Shown here one piece after another: positions 1 through 13,999 of a stretch of 64,000 bases of DNA (position 1 is its first letter; the number at the start of each line of letters is the position of its first letter). Source of the DNA: Mytilus californianus. Its lineage: Eukaryota. The position numbers were made by a program, and so were the translations under genes. Below the pieces are notes generated by a model that saw only the letters and a list, made by a program, of their open reading frames with translations, made no database searches and was not told the origin of the DNA. The stretch lies in assembly GCF_021869535.1 (NCBI RefSeq), contig NW_026262604.1, positions 15,996,001-16,060,000 of the forward strand, in the 5' to 3' direction.

Positions 1-2483
1 GCTGGTCTAAAACAGAAAGAAATAGATTCTTGTTGGTAAAGGATTTCTTTCAACAGTTCAATACAAAATTGAATTAAAAAAAATCAACAACAAATATATG
101 AAAATAAGGAGATGTGGTATGATTTCCAATGAGACAAATATATTCACCAAAGTTCAAATGAAAAAGTGGATGTAAGCAATTAAAGGCAATATTTAGAATA
201 AATAACATTTTGATTTTTAATGATATCTGTAACCGTAATTTTAAAATATTTAATGTTTATTATTGAGACTCATTAATATTCAATGAAGAAGGTAATTACT
301 ACGATAAAGCTGCGACTACTAACATTATGTGTTATAGTAGTCTTAGGATAAAGTCAATGTTCAGGTCCGAAAATTCGAAATTAAAACAGTATAAGTCCTT
401 TGGATGTTCATAAGACTTTTAGCCTTGGCTCATGTACATATGCACAAAATGGCCATTTCATCATGTCAAACATGCCACGTTCGACATGTTTACGACATCA
501 AAGTGACATATCACAAGTAACCTTATTGCACTCAAGTGTCCAGATTATACCAACCTGTTCATTTATCAGTAAATAAAAATTATTTTGAAAAGCTTGAATA
601 ATTTTAATTTGTCTGCAATTTAAGGGGCCAGATAATGGCCCCGTTCCATATCTCGTCTTTTCAGTAGGTTTTAACAGTTTTGGGATTTTTCTACTGTTTT
701 AAAGTGAAAGAAATGAGGGCAAATTGGTCCGACCTCTTTAACCTCAGTATAGATCTTTTGCATTGGTTTAATTGCCATCTCATGTCGCCTTTTGTTTACC
801 CATTAATATGAAAAGAAATAGAAAAACAAAGGATATGGGGTATCCATCCAAAAATCAGTACATGCACAGCAAAAAACACATAGAAAGCAAAAGAACATTG
901 CCTTTATTGCTGTTCTTTATCTCAAAGTCACAGTGAGGCATTCAACACGGAGAAAAAAAACTCTCACCTCACTGCAAGACAACCCCTAGCACCGGCTTGA
1001 GTATACTTTTCTTCTATTTTGCCATTAACCGTCATGTTGGGTCCCCATTTCCACCTTTTATAATTAGCCTATACGGCTGTTTAATCATTGCGTCTGGTAT
1101 TTTGGTATTTAATGGAATTCCCATCAGTTCGCTTATTTGTCGTTTGAAACTAGAATAAAGTATTTCTTTTATTATTTCTAATATAACATCATATATCCAA
1201 CCCTGGACCACCCCCCCCCCCCCCCCCACCCCCCAAAGATCCGCTACTGATATATAAAACTTCATTGCATTTTTCATTTTTTCAACTAAGTTAACGATTT
1301 TCTTTGATGATCAAGGGCCTCACAGAAGATTAGTCGTATAACTAACCTTGTACCCCTATTAAAATAAAGTAACGCTGTTGTTGTTTTATTGAATAAAATA
1401 AGTATTTAAAAAAATCGTAAATAAATATACGGGGATGTTTAAATTAACCAAGTTTTTAAACTGGTTTACGTACATAAATGTGTATTTCTCTACAAAATAT
1501 ACCTCTATTGCATAAACTTATATCTGAACAACTCTTTAAATTTGGATGATATTACGAAAAGCGAGGGACTCTCGTGCTCAAGTTTTTCTTTTCGGGGGAA
1601 GAAACGAGAACGCAAACTATATACCATGGTGATGTGGCTCTTCGTTCACTATGAAAACTAGATTTATCATTTTAATATAATACGCTCGTTTTCATATAAC
1701 ATGAAACCACATAAATGGCAATAAATAAATGAATAAATATATATTTTGCCAATTATCATATATTATAAATAAGTGTTAACTTCTTTATTTCTGTATTCTT
1801 TAATTTTTTTAGGTCATTCATAATTTGCTTATTCTTTATATTTTTGCCCATTATTCTCTAATTCTTTATAGTTTAGCACCGTCCCCCATTATTTTCTATT
1901 CTTTAATTGTTTGCCCTATTTTTCTCTATTCTTTATTTTTTTGCCATTTATTCTGCGCATCTTACTGTATTGAATTACATAAAAGACATATCATACATCA
2001 GAACCGTGAGTCCTACAATTTTTATAATATATAAGTCTCTACGGTTTACCACTATTTACCGTGACGATAGTTTTTACTATTTTTTTCAGGCTCGAAATTC
2101 GCGACATAGATGATAGCCCCCTTTTCGTGTCCAAAAAATATCAAACATCATAAAAGAAGACATTGACCATGTTGACTATTAAACTTCTAGACAATGAAAA
2201 TGTACATTTTTGTTTGTCTTAAAAAAGTTTGTTTGTCACTATAAGAGTTTCCAATGCTGATAACGGCATTGCAACATTTTGTTCTCAAAGATATATTATT
2301 TTTTTTTTAAATAATTAAGGGAACTGACATGAAGAGTTTTTCAATTACTGTACTTTGTGTCGGCGGAACATTCTCCGTCATTCTTCTTTTTATTAGACAT
2401 ATTGTCATGTGAACGCTTAACAGAGTGTAAAAGATAATGCAATTTCAAGCATAAGATTGACATTGAACATAAATTTTGTCAAC

Positions 2484-5400
2484 ATGGCACAGACTCAACC
2501 TGCGCAAGCTAGACCTTGGAATCCAAGTTCAGGTTTTAAGCACACGGACAGAGAAAGGTATATATATATATAGCATGATTAACAGGGGCCATTTGCCGAC
2601 TTATTTTCGTTTGCGTTTACTTATATCGAAGCTTTTCAGTGATAAAATAAACAAAACATAAACCACAATTTTCACAAAATATATGTACCATATGGTGATT
2701 TTAAAACATCGGGTTCATTTCTTCCAGTAGACGATAACATCCAGAACGAAAAGGTCGAAGGTCATGAAAGTCATAATTTTCCCATAGCAAAAAACGAAGG
2801 CACTTGTCCAGGTCAGGAATAAACACCAATTGGTGGATTATACCTCAATTGACGTATAAATCCACCAATTGACATATATTGGTATAGACCAATTGACGTA
2901 TAATGCAAGTTTTTTTGCTATAAAATGCTAGTGTGAAATAGGACATGTAGGAGCATCATTTTGCAACTTACAACCTATTTTATGACCATTATTGAGTCCT
3001 CAGAAAGTTTCAGTTTTGTCAAAGCCTGATGCATCTCTTGGGAATGCATGTGTACAACAATTCTTTTGATGAAACATCTGTACTATTGACCATGATTGAG
3101 TTTTAATAATGAAATTCAAGTATTAACAAAGAGCTTCATTCACCTGTGGAGTTGTACTCATAATCACATGACTGCAGACAGTATTGATGCCCATTGACAG
3201 GTGATTAGTGATAAATTTGCCAATCAAGAATTAACAAGATAACAATAGAAGAAACTGCATATACAATTATTGATTAAATGCAGTATGTTATGTCATTATA
3301 CTAAACTAGGAATGTTTGACATGTTTTCATACAATAATATGGTTTTAAGAAAACAATGCTCCACTTTGGTTGAATAATTTGCTTTGAAAAACAAAGAATT
3401 ATACGTCAATTGGTCTATACCATTATATGTCAATTGGTGGATTATACGTCAATTAAGGTATAATCCACCAATTGGTGGTTATTCCTGACCTGTTGTCTCA
3501 TTCGATGGTAAAGGCTAAAGCCCCATCATTTATTCTTTCCACCTAATGTCTGTGTATAAAATCACAAAATTTAACTGGATAAAATTATTCAATGATCAAA
3601 CTGGATTATTCAGGTGTGAATTATTACACAAAGAGGTCTTAAAGTTAAACAGTGAAACTCTAATTTTTTTTGTACATGGGATTCTATGAATCTAACTCTG
3701 ATTTGTACATGCACCAGCCAATTTGTCCCAACCAAAACATGTTAAAAGTTATCCTGGTTGATTCCTCTAAGTTTATTATATGTCAGAAATTCAATACTTT
3801 CTGAGTAAAATTTATCAATGATAGGAAATTCTCCAATATCATGAATATCTGAATATTATCATGATTATTGTACTTTTCATTGCTATTTATTACTGAACCT
3901 TTTACAGAACTAAAAATGCACATTAGATTATAGATTTAATAGATACATGTACGACAAATTTTGGTAGCGATTTGAAAAAATTGTAATAATTACATTCGTG
4001 AATTATGGTAAATATAAGTTTTCAAGATGTGCAATTTGTATTTTTTTTTTTTTTTTAAAGTTTTCATTGTTTTTGACAAATCCTTACGTTTGACAAAATA
4101 TATACACAGGCCATTTCTATTATTGATAAACCCTTACTCATGTCACAGTTAATGAGTTAATCCTGGGAATTGTATATAATTTATTATGTCCCAGGTTAAT
4201 CCAATTACAGGACATAAACGTTTTGTTAAACATGTGCTAAATGGTGTATAGCAGGGATGATTTATATTGTACAGTGTGCAAATGATATTTGTTAACACTA
4301 ATGTATAGAAAATTTAGATACTTATGACAATGTTATTTGATGTCTTAAAAACTTTTCCCCCAGGCCCAGACAGTACCTAATTGTTTACTGCAAATAAACT
4401 ATGTCCTTTTATCTGCAAAATACGGAAAAGAAATTAAAATATTTTTAAATTTACACTGGATACTGTCTTTTGATCATAAAAAACTAAAGCTTCTGTCCAA
4501 GTTTCATAAAATTCCAAGAAGGTTTGACAAAGTTATTGATGTCTAAGAAACTTTAACCACAGTAGAACCTAAATGTTGATGCCACCGATGCTGGAGTGGG
4601 AATGTAGGACTACTATGAATCTCTTCCGCAATAAAAGTCACACCCCTGATAAAATAGGATTAATTTCTTGTTATAGGAATATAGAAAATGCCCATAGGTT
4701 ATAAAGTGAAAAATTTCAGACTCATAATTGGTCTTGAATCTACTGAAATTGTAAACATGCACTAACCTATACAAAAACTATAATGTATAGACATGTACAT
4801 TAAAAAAGTAGTGGCAAATTATCAATATGAACTTTGGACTTCAGTTTATATATTCATAGCTTTGCTAAACGTTGAAGAAAGTTTTGTGAAAACCTTAACA
4901 AAATTTGATTAACTGGAATATACAAATAAGAAGAAGTGGTATGATTGCCAGTGAGACAACTCTCCACCAGAGACCAAATGATGAAGAAGGTTAGCAACTT
5001 ATTATAGGTCCCGTACGGCCTTCACCAATGACCAAAACCCAGACATACCACATACATCTAGAGCAAGCTATAAAAGGCCCAGAAATGACAATTGTTAATC
5101 AATTCAAAGGAGAAAACTCACTGCCTGATTTAAGTATAACACAATAAACAAAAAATAAATATAAAATACAGCAACAAGCTACTACCACTGAATAACAGGG
5201 AATGCATGCATGGAACATGTTGAACTTTAATATACATGCATATATGTGTATGACTTGTTTTGGCAACAGTATTAAAAAATGAAAATTTATTTGCAGACCA
5301 ATATACCGTATTCCTTATTTGAATATTAAAACTTGTGTTTTCAGATGGATCTGTGTTTATCCTGCTTACATCAATAGTAAAAAATCACTCAAAGAAGGAA

Positions 5401-8400
5401 GACGCCTTCAAAAACAAGTAGTAAGTACTTAGGGCAGCCTAAATATTAACCTTTGTCATGCTGGATATTAACCTCCCAAAACATTATGTAAGAGGGGGAG
5501 ACGACACAAGGTGCTCATTTTCCAAATACCGCTTTTGTTTAAAAAAAAATTCCCACTTCAAACTTTTTTACCACATATATCACACTTCCCTACTTTTTTA
5601 ACCCCATATATATATCCCACATCCCTGCTTTTTTACCCTTATATCCCACCTTCTAAAAATATGTTATCCCCTCTCTTTCTCACCAAAATCCAAATATTTA
5701 CTTCCTATAGATCATTTCATATAAGTACAAAGGTTCACCACACTTCAAAATGATAGTGAGAAGTAACCTCTCCAGTGCAGCCTGACAGGGAGAAGTCATG
5801 ACATGGTAGGGAGACTTAGGGGCACCTCAGGGAGAAATGAAGGAGACAGCAATTGCGTGCCATTTAGCATTCACATAAATGTAATTTTGCCAGATTTGAT
5901 TTACCGTACTTAAATATTTCCCTATTACAATTTTCCAAAAATATACACAAGTAATCCTGACCAGGGCCATAAAGATATGTGTAAAAAAGCAGTAATAAAA
6001 CAGATTATATAAAATATTAACCATTGTTAACAGGCAAACATTCTTAATGGGTTACATATAAACATATAGATCTGAACTTTATTGATAGTTTTCTGAGTAT
6101 AAAAAAAATATCAAAAACTATTTCGTCAAAAGATTATAAAGGGGACAATTACATATAAAATGTTCTTCATCTTCAACTTTATCCAACATGCATTTTTTAC
6201 ATAACGAATGCATTTATTTATTTTACATTTAACAGTGTGTAGATAATCCAACAGTTCAAGAAATTAAAGATGTGTTGATACAATCAGGATTACATATAGG
6301 TATAGAAGTAAGTATGATTTTTAAGTTAAGGCATACCTGACAAAGTTTCTTCTAGACACATGTGCTTTAGGCATGAAGTTAGAAAAAAAATGATTGAAAT
6401 TGACCCTCATAAAGTTTACCATTCTTGTTTCATTGCTTTCTCACAAATTAAGCTTACTGTTTGTGTCATATATGTGGAAATGTAAATAATCAGTATCTTT
6501 CATAGATTTGATTTGCAGTAGTTTAAATATTGAAATGTATTTTTTTTAGTTTATCCATGGCAACAATCTACATTTATTTTGCTATAAAATTTTGCAAAAT
6601 GGGATAAGATTTCACACATATCCACAAAATTTGGTCAAATAATGTAGAATTTTAATCCCTTTGAGTGATAACTTTTCTGAAACTATAAATTTACATGGAT
6701 TTATCAAGAGATCAAATAAAAATCATATGTCTTACATATCCTTTTTCATATCTTTGCATTCAAAAGTTTCTTTTGGTAAAATGTAAAGTTTTTCATGTCA
6801 AATATTCACTCATTATGATAACTAAATTTTGTGTAGGTCTACCTGTCTATCATACAGGGTTCACCTGACCTCAAGCTCATTTCATAGATCAGTGAGTAAG
6901 GTTAAGTTTTTAGAGTCGTCTGTATCTCAGATACTACATGTATATCTAACCCCGCCACATTCTGTATGTGTCTGTCCCAAGTCAGGAGCCTGTGATTCAG
7001 TGGTTGTCGATTGTTGCTGTGTTACATATTTGTTTTTTGTTCATTATTTTGTACATAAATTAGGCCGTTAGTTTTCTCGTTTGAATTGTTTTACATTTGT
7101 CATTTCAGGGCCTTTTATAGCTGACTATGTGGTATGGGCTTTACTTATGTTGAAGGCTGTACAGTGACCTATAGTTGTTAATTTCTGTGTCATTTGGTCT
7201 CTTATGGGGAGTTGTCTTATTGGCAATCATGCCACATCTTCTTTTTTATATATATAAGCAATAAATCAACTATATTTGATGTATGGAATTATTGGAAGGT
7301 GTACATGTACATGTCTTGCAGGGCTTCATTTGACCTTGGCCTTTTTTTGGGGTAACTCATAGCACAAATGTTTAGTTTTGTTGGTTTGGTCTATTTCGCA
7401 AATACCATAATCAATAGAGCCACTATATTTGATGAATGCAATGATTGTAAGGTGTACATGTCTGTCTGGCATGTGTCATATGACCTTTACCTCATTTGCA
7501 TGGTTCATTAGTCAGTGTTTACCTTTCGTGATTATATCTGTTTCCCAGATACTATAAGCAAAAGGTCAATGTATTTGGTGTATGAAATGATTGCATGGTG
7601 TACATGTTGTCTTGCAGGGTTCATACATGTATCACCTTGACCACATTTTTATGTTCCATTTGTCAACATCAGTTTTCCTAATTAGCTCTGTTTCTCAGAT
7701 GCTTGATGCAATGCTGAATAGTCTTACTATATTTGGTGTACAGTATGATTGTAAGGTGTACATGTCTGTCTGGCAGGTTCATTTGACCCTGAACACATTT
7801 ACATGGATTATTGATAATGTTAAGTTTATGTGATACTTGTAGTAAACCCTCATATAATTTCAGACTTTCAACATAATTTCAATCATGATAAGTAAAGCAG
7901 GTGCAACAGCTCAGTGTGTGCACTCTTGTATCATTGTTGTTTTTGTTTTTAGAACAAAGTCTATCCAAGAGAACTTGACCATAGAGATCCTAAGTGTCGA
8001 GGAAGAGTTAGAGTACAGTTAAAAACAGAAGATGGACAGCCATTCATGGAAAAATTTCCTGATCGTAAGTTACAAGTAGCCTAAAGCATAGATGTTGTTG
8101 ATGAATTTTAAGTTATCTCTTTTTGTGAAGGTTGCTTAGGGAGCTACCATTTGATTTTTATGGGGGGGGGGGGGGGCTAGGATGAAATTTGAAAAAAATA
8201 GGCAGGACAGGGTTTTGAGTAAAAAAAAAAAGGCAGGATGACAATTTAGTTAAATAAAAAAGTCAGGATAAACTGAAAAAAAAGGTAGGACCGAATAGAG
8301 TAAAAAATAAAAAGGCAGGACCGAATAGAGGGAAAAATAAAAAGGCAGGACAAAATTTTTCATCCTAGCCCCACTATAAAAATCAAATGGTAGCTCCCTT

Positions 8401-9193
8401 AAATATTTCCTTTATGAAAATGGATATCAAATTGTTTTAATATTAAGTCTAAATATGTAAGATTCCTGAATATATTTGTGAAAGGTGTTTTATTGAAAAA
8501 TTTATGAAGATTGTATATTATTGTATTTATTGAGATTTATGCACATTTTTGTGAAATACATAAATGAAATATGCTTGATTTCTCACAAAGTTGTAAATGA
8601 ATTTCACAGAGGCTATACAAAATTTCCCATCTACACCATATCCCCAAAAAATGACACAAATAGAATTCAGATATAACAAATGAAAACCACTGACAAGGCT
8701 TAGGTCAGAAGAAATCATGAGAATGGATTTGTACAAATATTACAGTTTAGCCATGTTGAACTTCAATCAGATGATTAATTTACAATAGTATGAGGATCTG
8801 GATGGGGTTTATAGAATAGAGAATAATAGTAATAAAAAATAAAGAATAGAAAATAATGGTAGAAGTAATAAAGAAGAGAGAATAATGGAAAAAAAAGAAT
8901 AGGGAAAAATTACCTAAATCTGTCATTTATTATTTACACTGACAGACTAGAATTATGATATATGAAAGAAAATTTTGTGGAAAAGATATTTTTATATAAT
9001 TATGAATATAATTGTATAATGTTGAAACATAAAATTGTTAATTGTCTTTCCAGGTGATTCTGTCCTAACATACATTGCTGAAACAATACCCAAGCTAAAA
9101 ACCAGAATTGCAGGGAACCAGTCATCACAGCAACCTGCTCAAACACAACAGGCAACAAAAGGACAGAAAAAGAAAGGCAGGAAGGGAAAATAA
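2484..9193 (+). CDS. SRP19: Signal recognition particle 19 kDa protein, 5 coding exons, 157 aa
   Basis: Exons 2484-2557, 5345-5420, 6236-6307, 7953-8064, 9054-9193, all GT-AG and phase-consistent. Translation: MAQTQPAQARPWNPSSGFKHTDRERWICVYPAYINSKKSLKEGRRLQKQVCVDNPTVQEIKDVLIQSGLHIGIENKVYPRELDHRDPKCRGRVRVQLKTEDGQPFMEKFPDRDSVLTYIAETIPKLKTRIAGNQSSQQPAQTQQATKGQKKKGRKGK*. It has the SRP19 motifs YPAYIN, EGRR, NPT..EI, RGRVRVQLK and IPKLKTR, plus a basic tail. Confidence 0.96.
2809..3492. mobile_element. Non-autonomous DNA transposon with long (about 95 bp) TIRs and 5-bp TSD, in SRP19 intron 1
   Basis: Termini caggtcaggaat...attcctgacctg. The TIRs contain repeated CAATTG palindromes. TSD ttgtc at 2804-2808 and 3493-3497. 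Confidence 0.8.
4918..5215 (-). repeat. Dominant dispersed repeat (3' end ...gagagttgtctcattggcaatcataccacatcttctt)
   Basis: Reverse-complement copy of the family. Confidence 0.8.
6950..7250 (+). repeat. Dominant dispersed repeat copy
   Basis: ctgtcccaagtcaggagcctg...ccacatcttctt. Confidence 0.85.
8139..8398. mobile_element. PIF/Harbinger-type (Tourist-like) MITE in SRP19 intron 4
   Basis: TIR gggagctaccatttgatttttat...ataaaaatcaaatggtagctccc with TSD TTA on both sides. Confidence 0.8.
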
Positions 9194-9781
9194 AACAAAG
9201 GAAGGGACATAACTCTTGTGTGAAAGTTTAAAGATGATGGGAGACAACTCTGTAATGCTTGTGATATATGGAAGTTTCATTTGTATTGTTCACATCATTA
9301 ATTTGTGACTGATTTGTACACTATAGCTCATGTGAATCTTGGCATTTCCTCCTGTCAGTTGGTAACAGTCCATTCCAGCATTTTCAAAGTTAACTTAAGA
9401 CGTCGGAAAAAAATATTGAATACTAAATTTCAAAGGTGTTGTATCATGAAAGAAAAGAAAAGGCATGTCAACTCCAAAGGCTGGCCATAATTCACTTTCT
9501 AGGGGTTTTGTCTACAATGTGCTACTCCCATCTTGGACACAAAGGGACATTCAGAAATGGTGTCACCTCTGTGCCACTACCATTTGGACAGTTGGAAATG
9601 CCAAACTCTTCTTATGTTTACATGTATGTTTTTGTTATTGGAACTTAAGAAAACCTTTCAACAGAGATTTGATAAATATTTTTTGCTATGTTTGTTGTTT
9701 TTTTTTTTATTGAGGACAGTTACTTGATGAAAAACTCTATAATGAAGGACTAGGGAATTAAAAAGTAAATTAACTTTATAA

Positions 9782-9793
9782 AATAAAAATAAA
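9782..9793 (+). terminator. Candidate polyadenylation signals of SRP19 (two adjacent AATAAA)
   Basis: AATAAA at 9782-9787 and 9788-9793, about 590 nt after the stop. The hexamer is common in AT-rich DNA, so support is weak. Confidence 0.35.
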
Positions 9794-9954
9794 CAACACA
9801 TGTATTTATTACAATGGAGTAAAATTATGTATTGTTTTTACATTAAATTTGAAAGTAAATACATAATTTGTGGACTATTTTATATAAGCTTGTTCTTCTC
9901 TATTGCACAATTTTTGCCAGGGTAAGTTTTTCAGACACTATGTGACCTACACAA

Positions 9955-10810
9955 GTGTAACTTCTAGCAAGCTATAAAGGGCCCCAAAATGACTAGTGTA
10001 AAACAATTCAAACAGGAAAACCAACTGTCTAATCTATATAAAAAACGAGAAACACTTATGAACCACATCAACAAACAACAACCACTGAACAACAGGTTCC
10101 TGACTTAGGACAGGTGCATAATAATACAGCGGGTTTAAACGTTTTAACAGGCGCCAACCTTTACCCTAACCTGAAATAGTAGTGTAACATTACAACATAA
10201 ATTATAAAATATTGAAATGGCCTAACTCAATCAAAAAGACATATTAACAAAAAACCAGTAAACATACACTGAATGAATAAATTTGATCTATGACACAACA
10301 TAAATACAGTATTAAATAAAAAAGGGGGAGATGTAAAACAATGTCAAAGAGAAAACTATAACCTTGGACAAAATGGCGTTAAATAAAATAACGTACACGG
10401 GTAAATTTAAATATGATAATTTTGTTGTTAGGAGTACAGAAATATTTTTTAAAAATAAATAAATTTGTTGTTCATAGTACGAGAACAGAAGTGAAAATTT
10501 ATCGTCATACTAAATACTTATCAAAGGTGGTACATATTAAAAGTAGTAAGAAGAGATATAACACAAAATAATTAAACATTGAATAACAAAAACGCATTAC
10601 AAATTGTGTCAACAGGTCAAATGAATACAATAGTACGATTTGAGAGTACTCGTAGTTACTGAAAGCTAGTTAAAATCCAAAAACAATTAATAATAAAAAA
10701 TCATGCATCAGAGACTAAAATCAACTAAAACACATCCCAGGGATTTAGTGTTTTAACACCATGGACAGTCAAAGAAGACATGACTTGTGCAATGCCAAAA
10801 TAAAAGTATC
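9955..10810 (-). repeat. Dominant dispersed repeat, long copy including the upstream part also seen at 39720-39990
   Basis: Shares gactaaaatcaac...gacagtcaaagaagacatgacttgtgcaatgcc-like blocks with the 39.7-40.0 kb copy. Confidence 0.75.
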
Positions 10811-11295
10811 AACAGGCAGTAGGATAGTATTTTACCTTATAATAAATATGTATAATGTTATATATAGATAAAGCAATCTCTATATAGAAAATGAATGTGG
10901 ATGTGTATTTATACATCCCAAAAAAACATTCGAAAAGAATACAAATTAAATGTTTTAATTTGTTGATGACAAAATCGATATTTGTGCCAATGTAAACAAT
11001 ATTCAAAGATCTTATTACAACATTAATAAGATAACCTTTACTAATAAGTTTGTTTAAAGGTTAGTGAGTTTATACGGATCACATAGTGTTTTCTGCGCTT
11101 TTAGTACAATATTACCGTAAAATACATCTATGACCATGACCCATATTTCAAGCAATTTTTGATTTTTAAGCCTCGCCTACGACAGTAGAGGGGCATGCAT
11201 TCTGTTTTCCAGTCTGTTTGTTTGTCTGTCCCTCAGTTATATCGCCCATTTGGTATCAGGTTAAAGTGTTTGTTCAAGCTAGTTTACCATGAAGT

Positions 11296-11398
11296 CAGGG
11301 GCGGATCCAGTCATTTTTAAAAGGAGGGTTCCAACCATATGTCCCCATTCAAAAGCATTGATCGTCTTACCCCTTGACCCCCCCTGGATCCACCACTG
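11296..11398. mobile_element. 103-bp MITE with CAG..CTG ends and 5-bp TSD
   Basis: caggggcggatccag...ctggatccaccactg flanked by gaagt (11291-11295 and 11399-11403). Related half-elements occur near 1240, 18460, 19880, 22125 and 54905. Confidence 0.7.
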
Positions 11399-11724
11399 GA
11401 AGTTGTCATCACATCAACTTAAAAATTTAGTACAGATATTCACTATGATATGAACTTTTTAAAATATAGGTAAGGGGGAGGGTATTTTTTCCAAAATGCT
11501 AATAGGTATGACCTAGATTTACATCTTCGACAGCCCAGGGCATCATTGAAAACTGTTATTTAACAAAAAATCGAATGCTTATTTGTTTTTTTCAATTAAT
11601 TGCGTATCATATTGTAACCAATATTAGTTATTAATTAGGTCTTTCACGGAATATAAATCTTTTGAATAGCTAGTTATCTTCCAAATTCATCATCAGTTTT
11701 CATCAGAAAAGCACTTAATGTTAA

Positions 11725-12870
11725 TTTTTTGTCTCACCTGCGAAGAAAGTTGTGGAAAGCGAGACATAGGGATTGCTTTTCTGGTGACAATGATGATGAC
11801 AGTGTTAACAAATGTTAAGTTTTCTGCTTAAGTTAAGTTAGTTATTTTCGAGGCCCCACCCCTAGGTCATGGTCCAGTGACTTTGAATTAATTAGCAATT
11901 TTCAATGTTAAGTTTTCTGCTTAAGTTAGTTTGATAGGAACTACTTGTGATAGATCAATGATACTTTGTATGAAGTTGCATTTCTATCAATACATATCAG
12001 TTTAACAATTAACTATTTTGAGGCCTGCCACTGGACGTTAAGCAACCAACAATCAATCAATCAATTGTTTTGAGGCCCTGCCCCTAAGTCATGGTCCAGT
12101 GACTTTGAATTCATTAGCAATTTTCAATGTTAAGTTTTCTGCTTAAGTTAATTTGATAGGAACTACTTGTGATAGATCAATGATATTTTGTATGAAGTTG
12201 CATTTCTATCAGTACATATCAGTTTAACAACTATTTTGAGGCCCTGTCCAAAAACTGAATTAATTAGCAGTGTTGCTGTCTATCTGATTGGTTTTTTTTT
12301 TAATTTTATGCCGACAGTCGAGACATATCTCTGTGTCAACAGTTTATTTAAATGAGTATCTGATCTATAAATATCTGTATACAATTTGATTGATGGTTTC
12401 AACTTCTTCAAGATAATGATGCAATTAATTATATTGTTTGGCCCTCTGTCTGTCCGTCTGTCCATCCGTCAGTATTGTTCTTGTCATTGCAACTCCTCTG
12501 AAACCACACAACAGAGAATTTCATGAAATTTGTAGATAAAAAGGACATAATATGTAGAATTGCATATCACCAGGAAATTATGATTCAATTTTATTTTAAG
12601 GAATTATGCCCCTTTGAATTTAGAATTTTGGCCTACATATACTACTGCAACAGTTTGTCATCACAACTTGTCCACACAACAGAATTTCATGATACTTTGT
12701 AGTTGATGATAAAATGTTTATGTGCATATCCACAAGAAAGTTTTTGTCAGATGACTTTTGTAGGAATTATGAGTCTTTGAAAGTAGGAATCTGTTGAAAT
12801 TTTGTCTGCCCTGTGACAAGGTGGGGGCGTTGGGGTATGTGAGCATGCTCACTAAGGTTCTTTAATTGTT
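11725..12870 (+). mobile_element. HINE-like region with internal tandem units
   Basis: It begins tttttgtctcacct...agcgagac. The block aatgttaagttttctgcttaagtta recurs near 11811, 11905 and 12127, and a microsatellite-like ctgtccgtctgtccatccgtc lies near 12450. Confidence 0.45.
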
Positions 12871-13387
12871 CTAGATAATGTGTCTGAAAGATAACTTGAA
12901 TTTTTAAAATAGTGCAAGGGTGCTATTTATAGTCGTGGTTTATTCTTAACCTACAATGTGTACAACTAAATATTGGTAATTTAAAGAGGTTAAGTTGTAT
13001 TCCACATTGGAAAATTATTGGTTTATTAAGGAAAGACTGAGAAAATTGATAAAAAATTGATCATTTCAGAAATATTTTTCAAATATAACCAAAAATAGTT
13101 ATTTTCCAAACAAGGCTTTAACTGAAACCATTTATTTAAAAATGTGTTTTCAGTGCTCCGCTAGACTGTCCATTAAACATCGAAATTTGATAAGAGCAAG
13201 TGGGGAATGGTGTCCTATAGACACATTTTGTTTATTTAAAGTTCTTTAATACTAAGTGACCTTGAGAGTTGTCATACTTATAAATAAACGAGATTTTGGA
13301 TAAACATAACATGATATGATATGACATAACAACCACTAACAACAAAAATAACCACAATTGACATCTAATGAGAATAAGACGTGATAA

Positions 13388-13715
13388 GGGAGCTACCATT
13401 TGATTTTTATGGGGGGCTAGGATGAAAAATTTTGTCCTGCATTTTTTTTTAGTTGTAATCTCTGTCCTGCCTTTTTTTTAGTTGTAATCTCTGTCCTGCC
13501 TTTTTATTGTTCACTCTATTCGGTCCTGGCTTTTTTTTAAAAGTTTATCCTGACTTTTTTTTACCTAAATTGTCATCCTGACTCTTTTTTTTTACAAGTG
13601 TCTCATCCTGCCTTTTTTTTTCTCAAAACTCCTGGCCTGCCTATTTTTTCAAATTTCATCCTAGCACCCTCCCCCCCCCCCCCCCCCCCCCCATAAAAAT
13701 CAAATGGTAGCTCCC
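13388..13715. mobile_element. Second copy of the same PIF/Harbinger-type MITE, opposite orientation
   Basis: Same TIR, TSD TAA on both sides, internal gtcctgcc/ggcaggac subrepeats. Confidence 0.8.
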
Positions 13716-13999
13716 TAAATTTGGTGTGTCAGAGGAGATTTTCTGAATGAACCTTTAATGTGACAAACCCACAAATTTGAAAGCTATTTTGCATTGTTTA
13801 AAGTGGTGATTATCATATACAGTATACACAAGGAGAATGATTGATTGTTGGTTGCTGGATGTCCAGTGCCAAATAGTTAAGCATTTACAGACTGCACATG
13901 GAGGTTAAGTTAAAAAAACTCTTTTTTTATGGTAATTCATGCAATAGGAAAGGCTTTTTATTAAATTGTAATTATCCGATAAATGGACAATCAATCATA

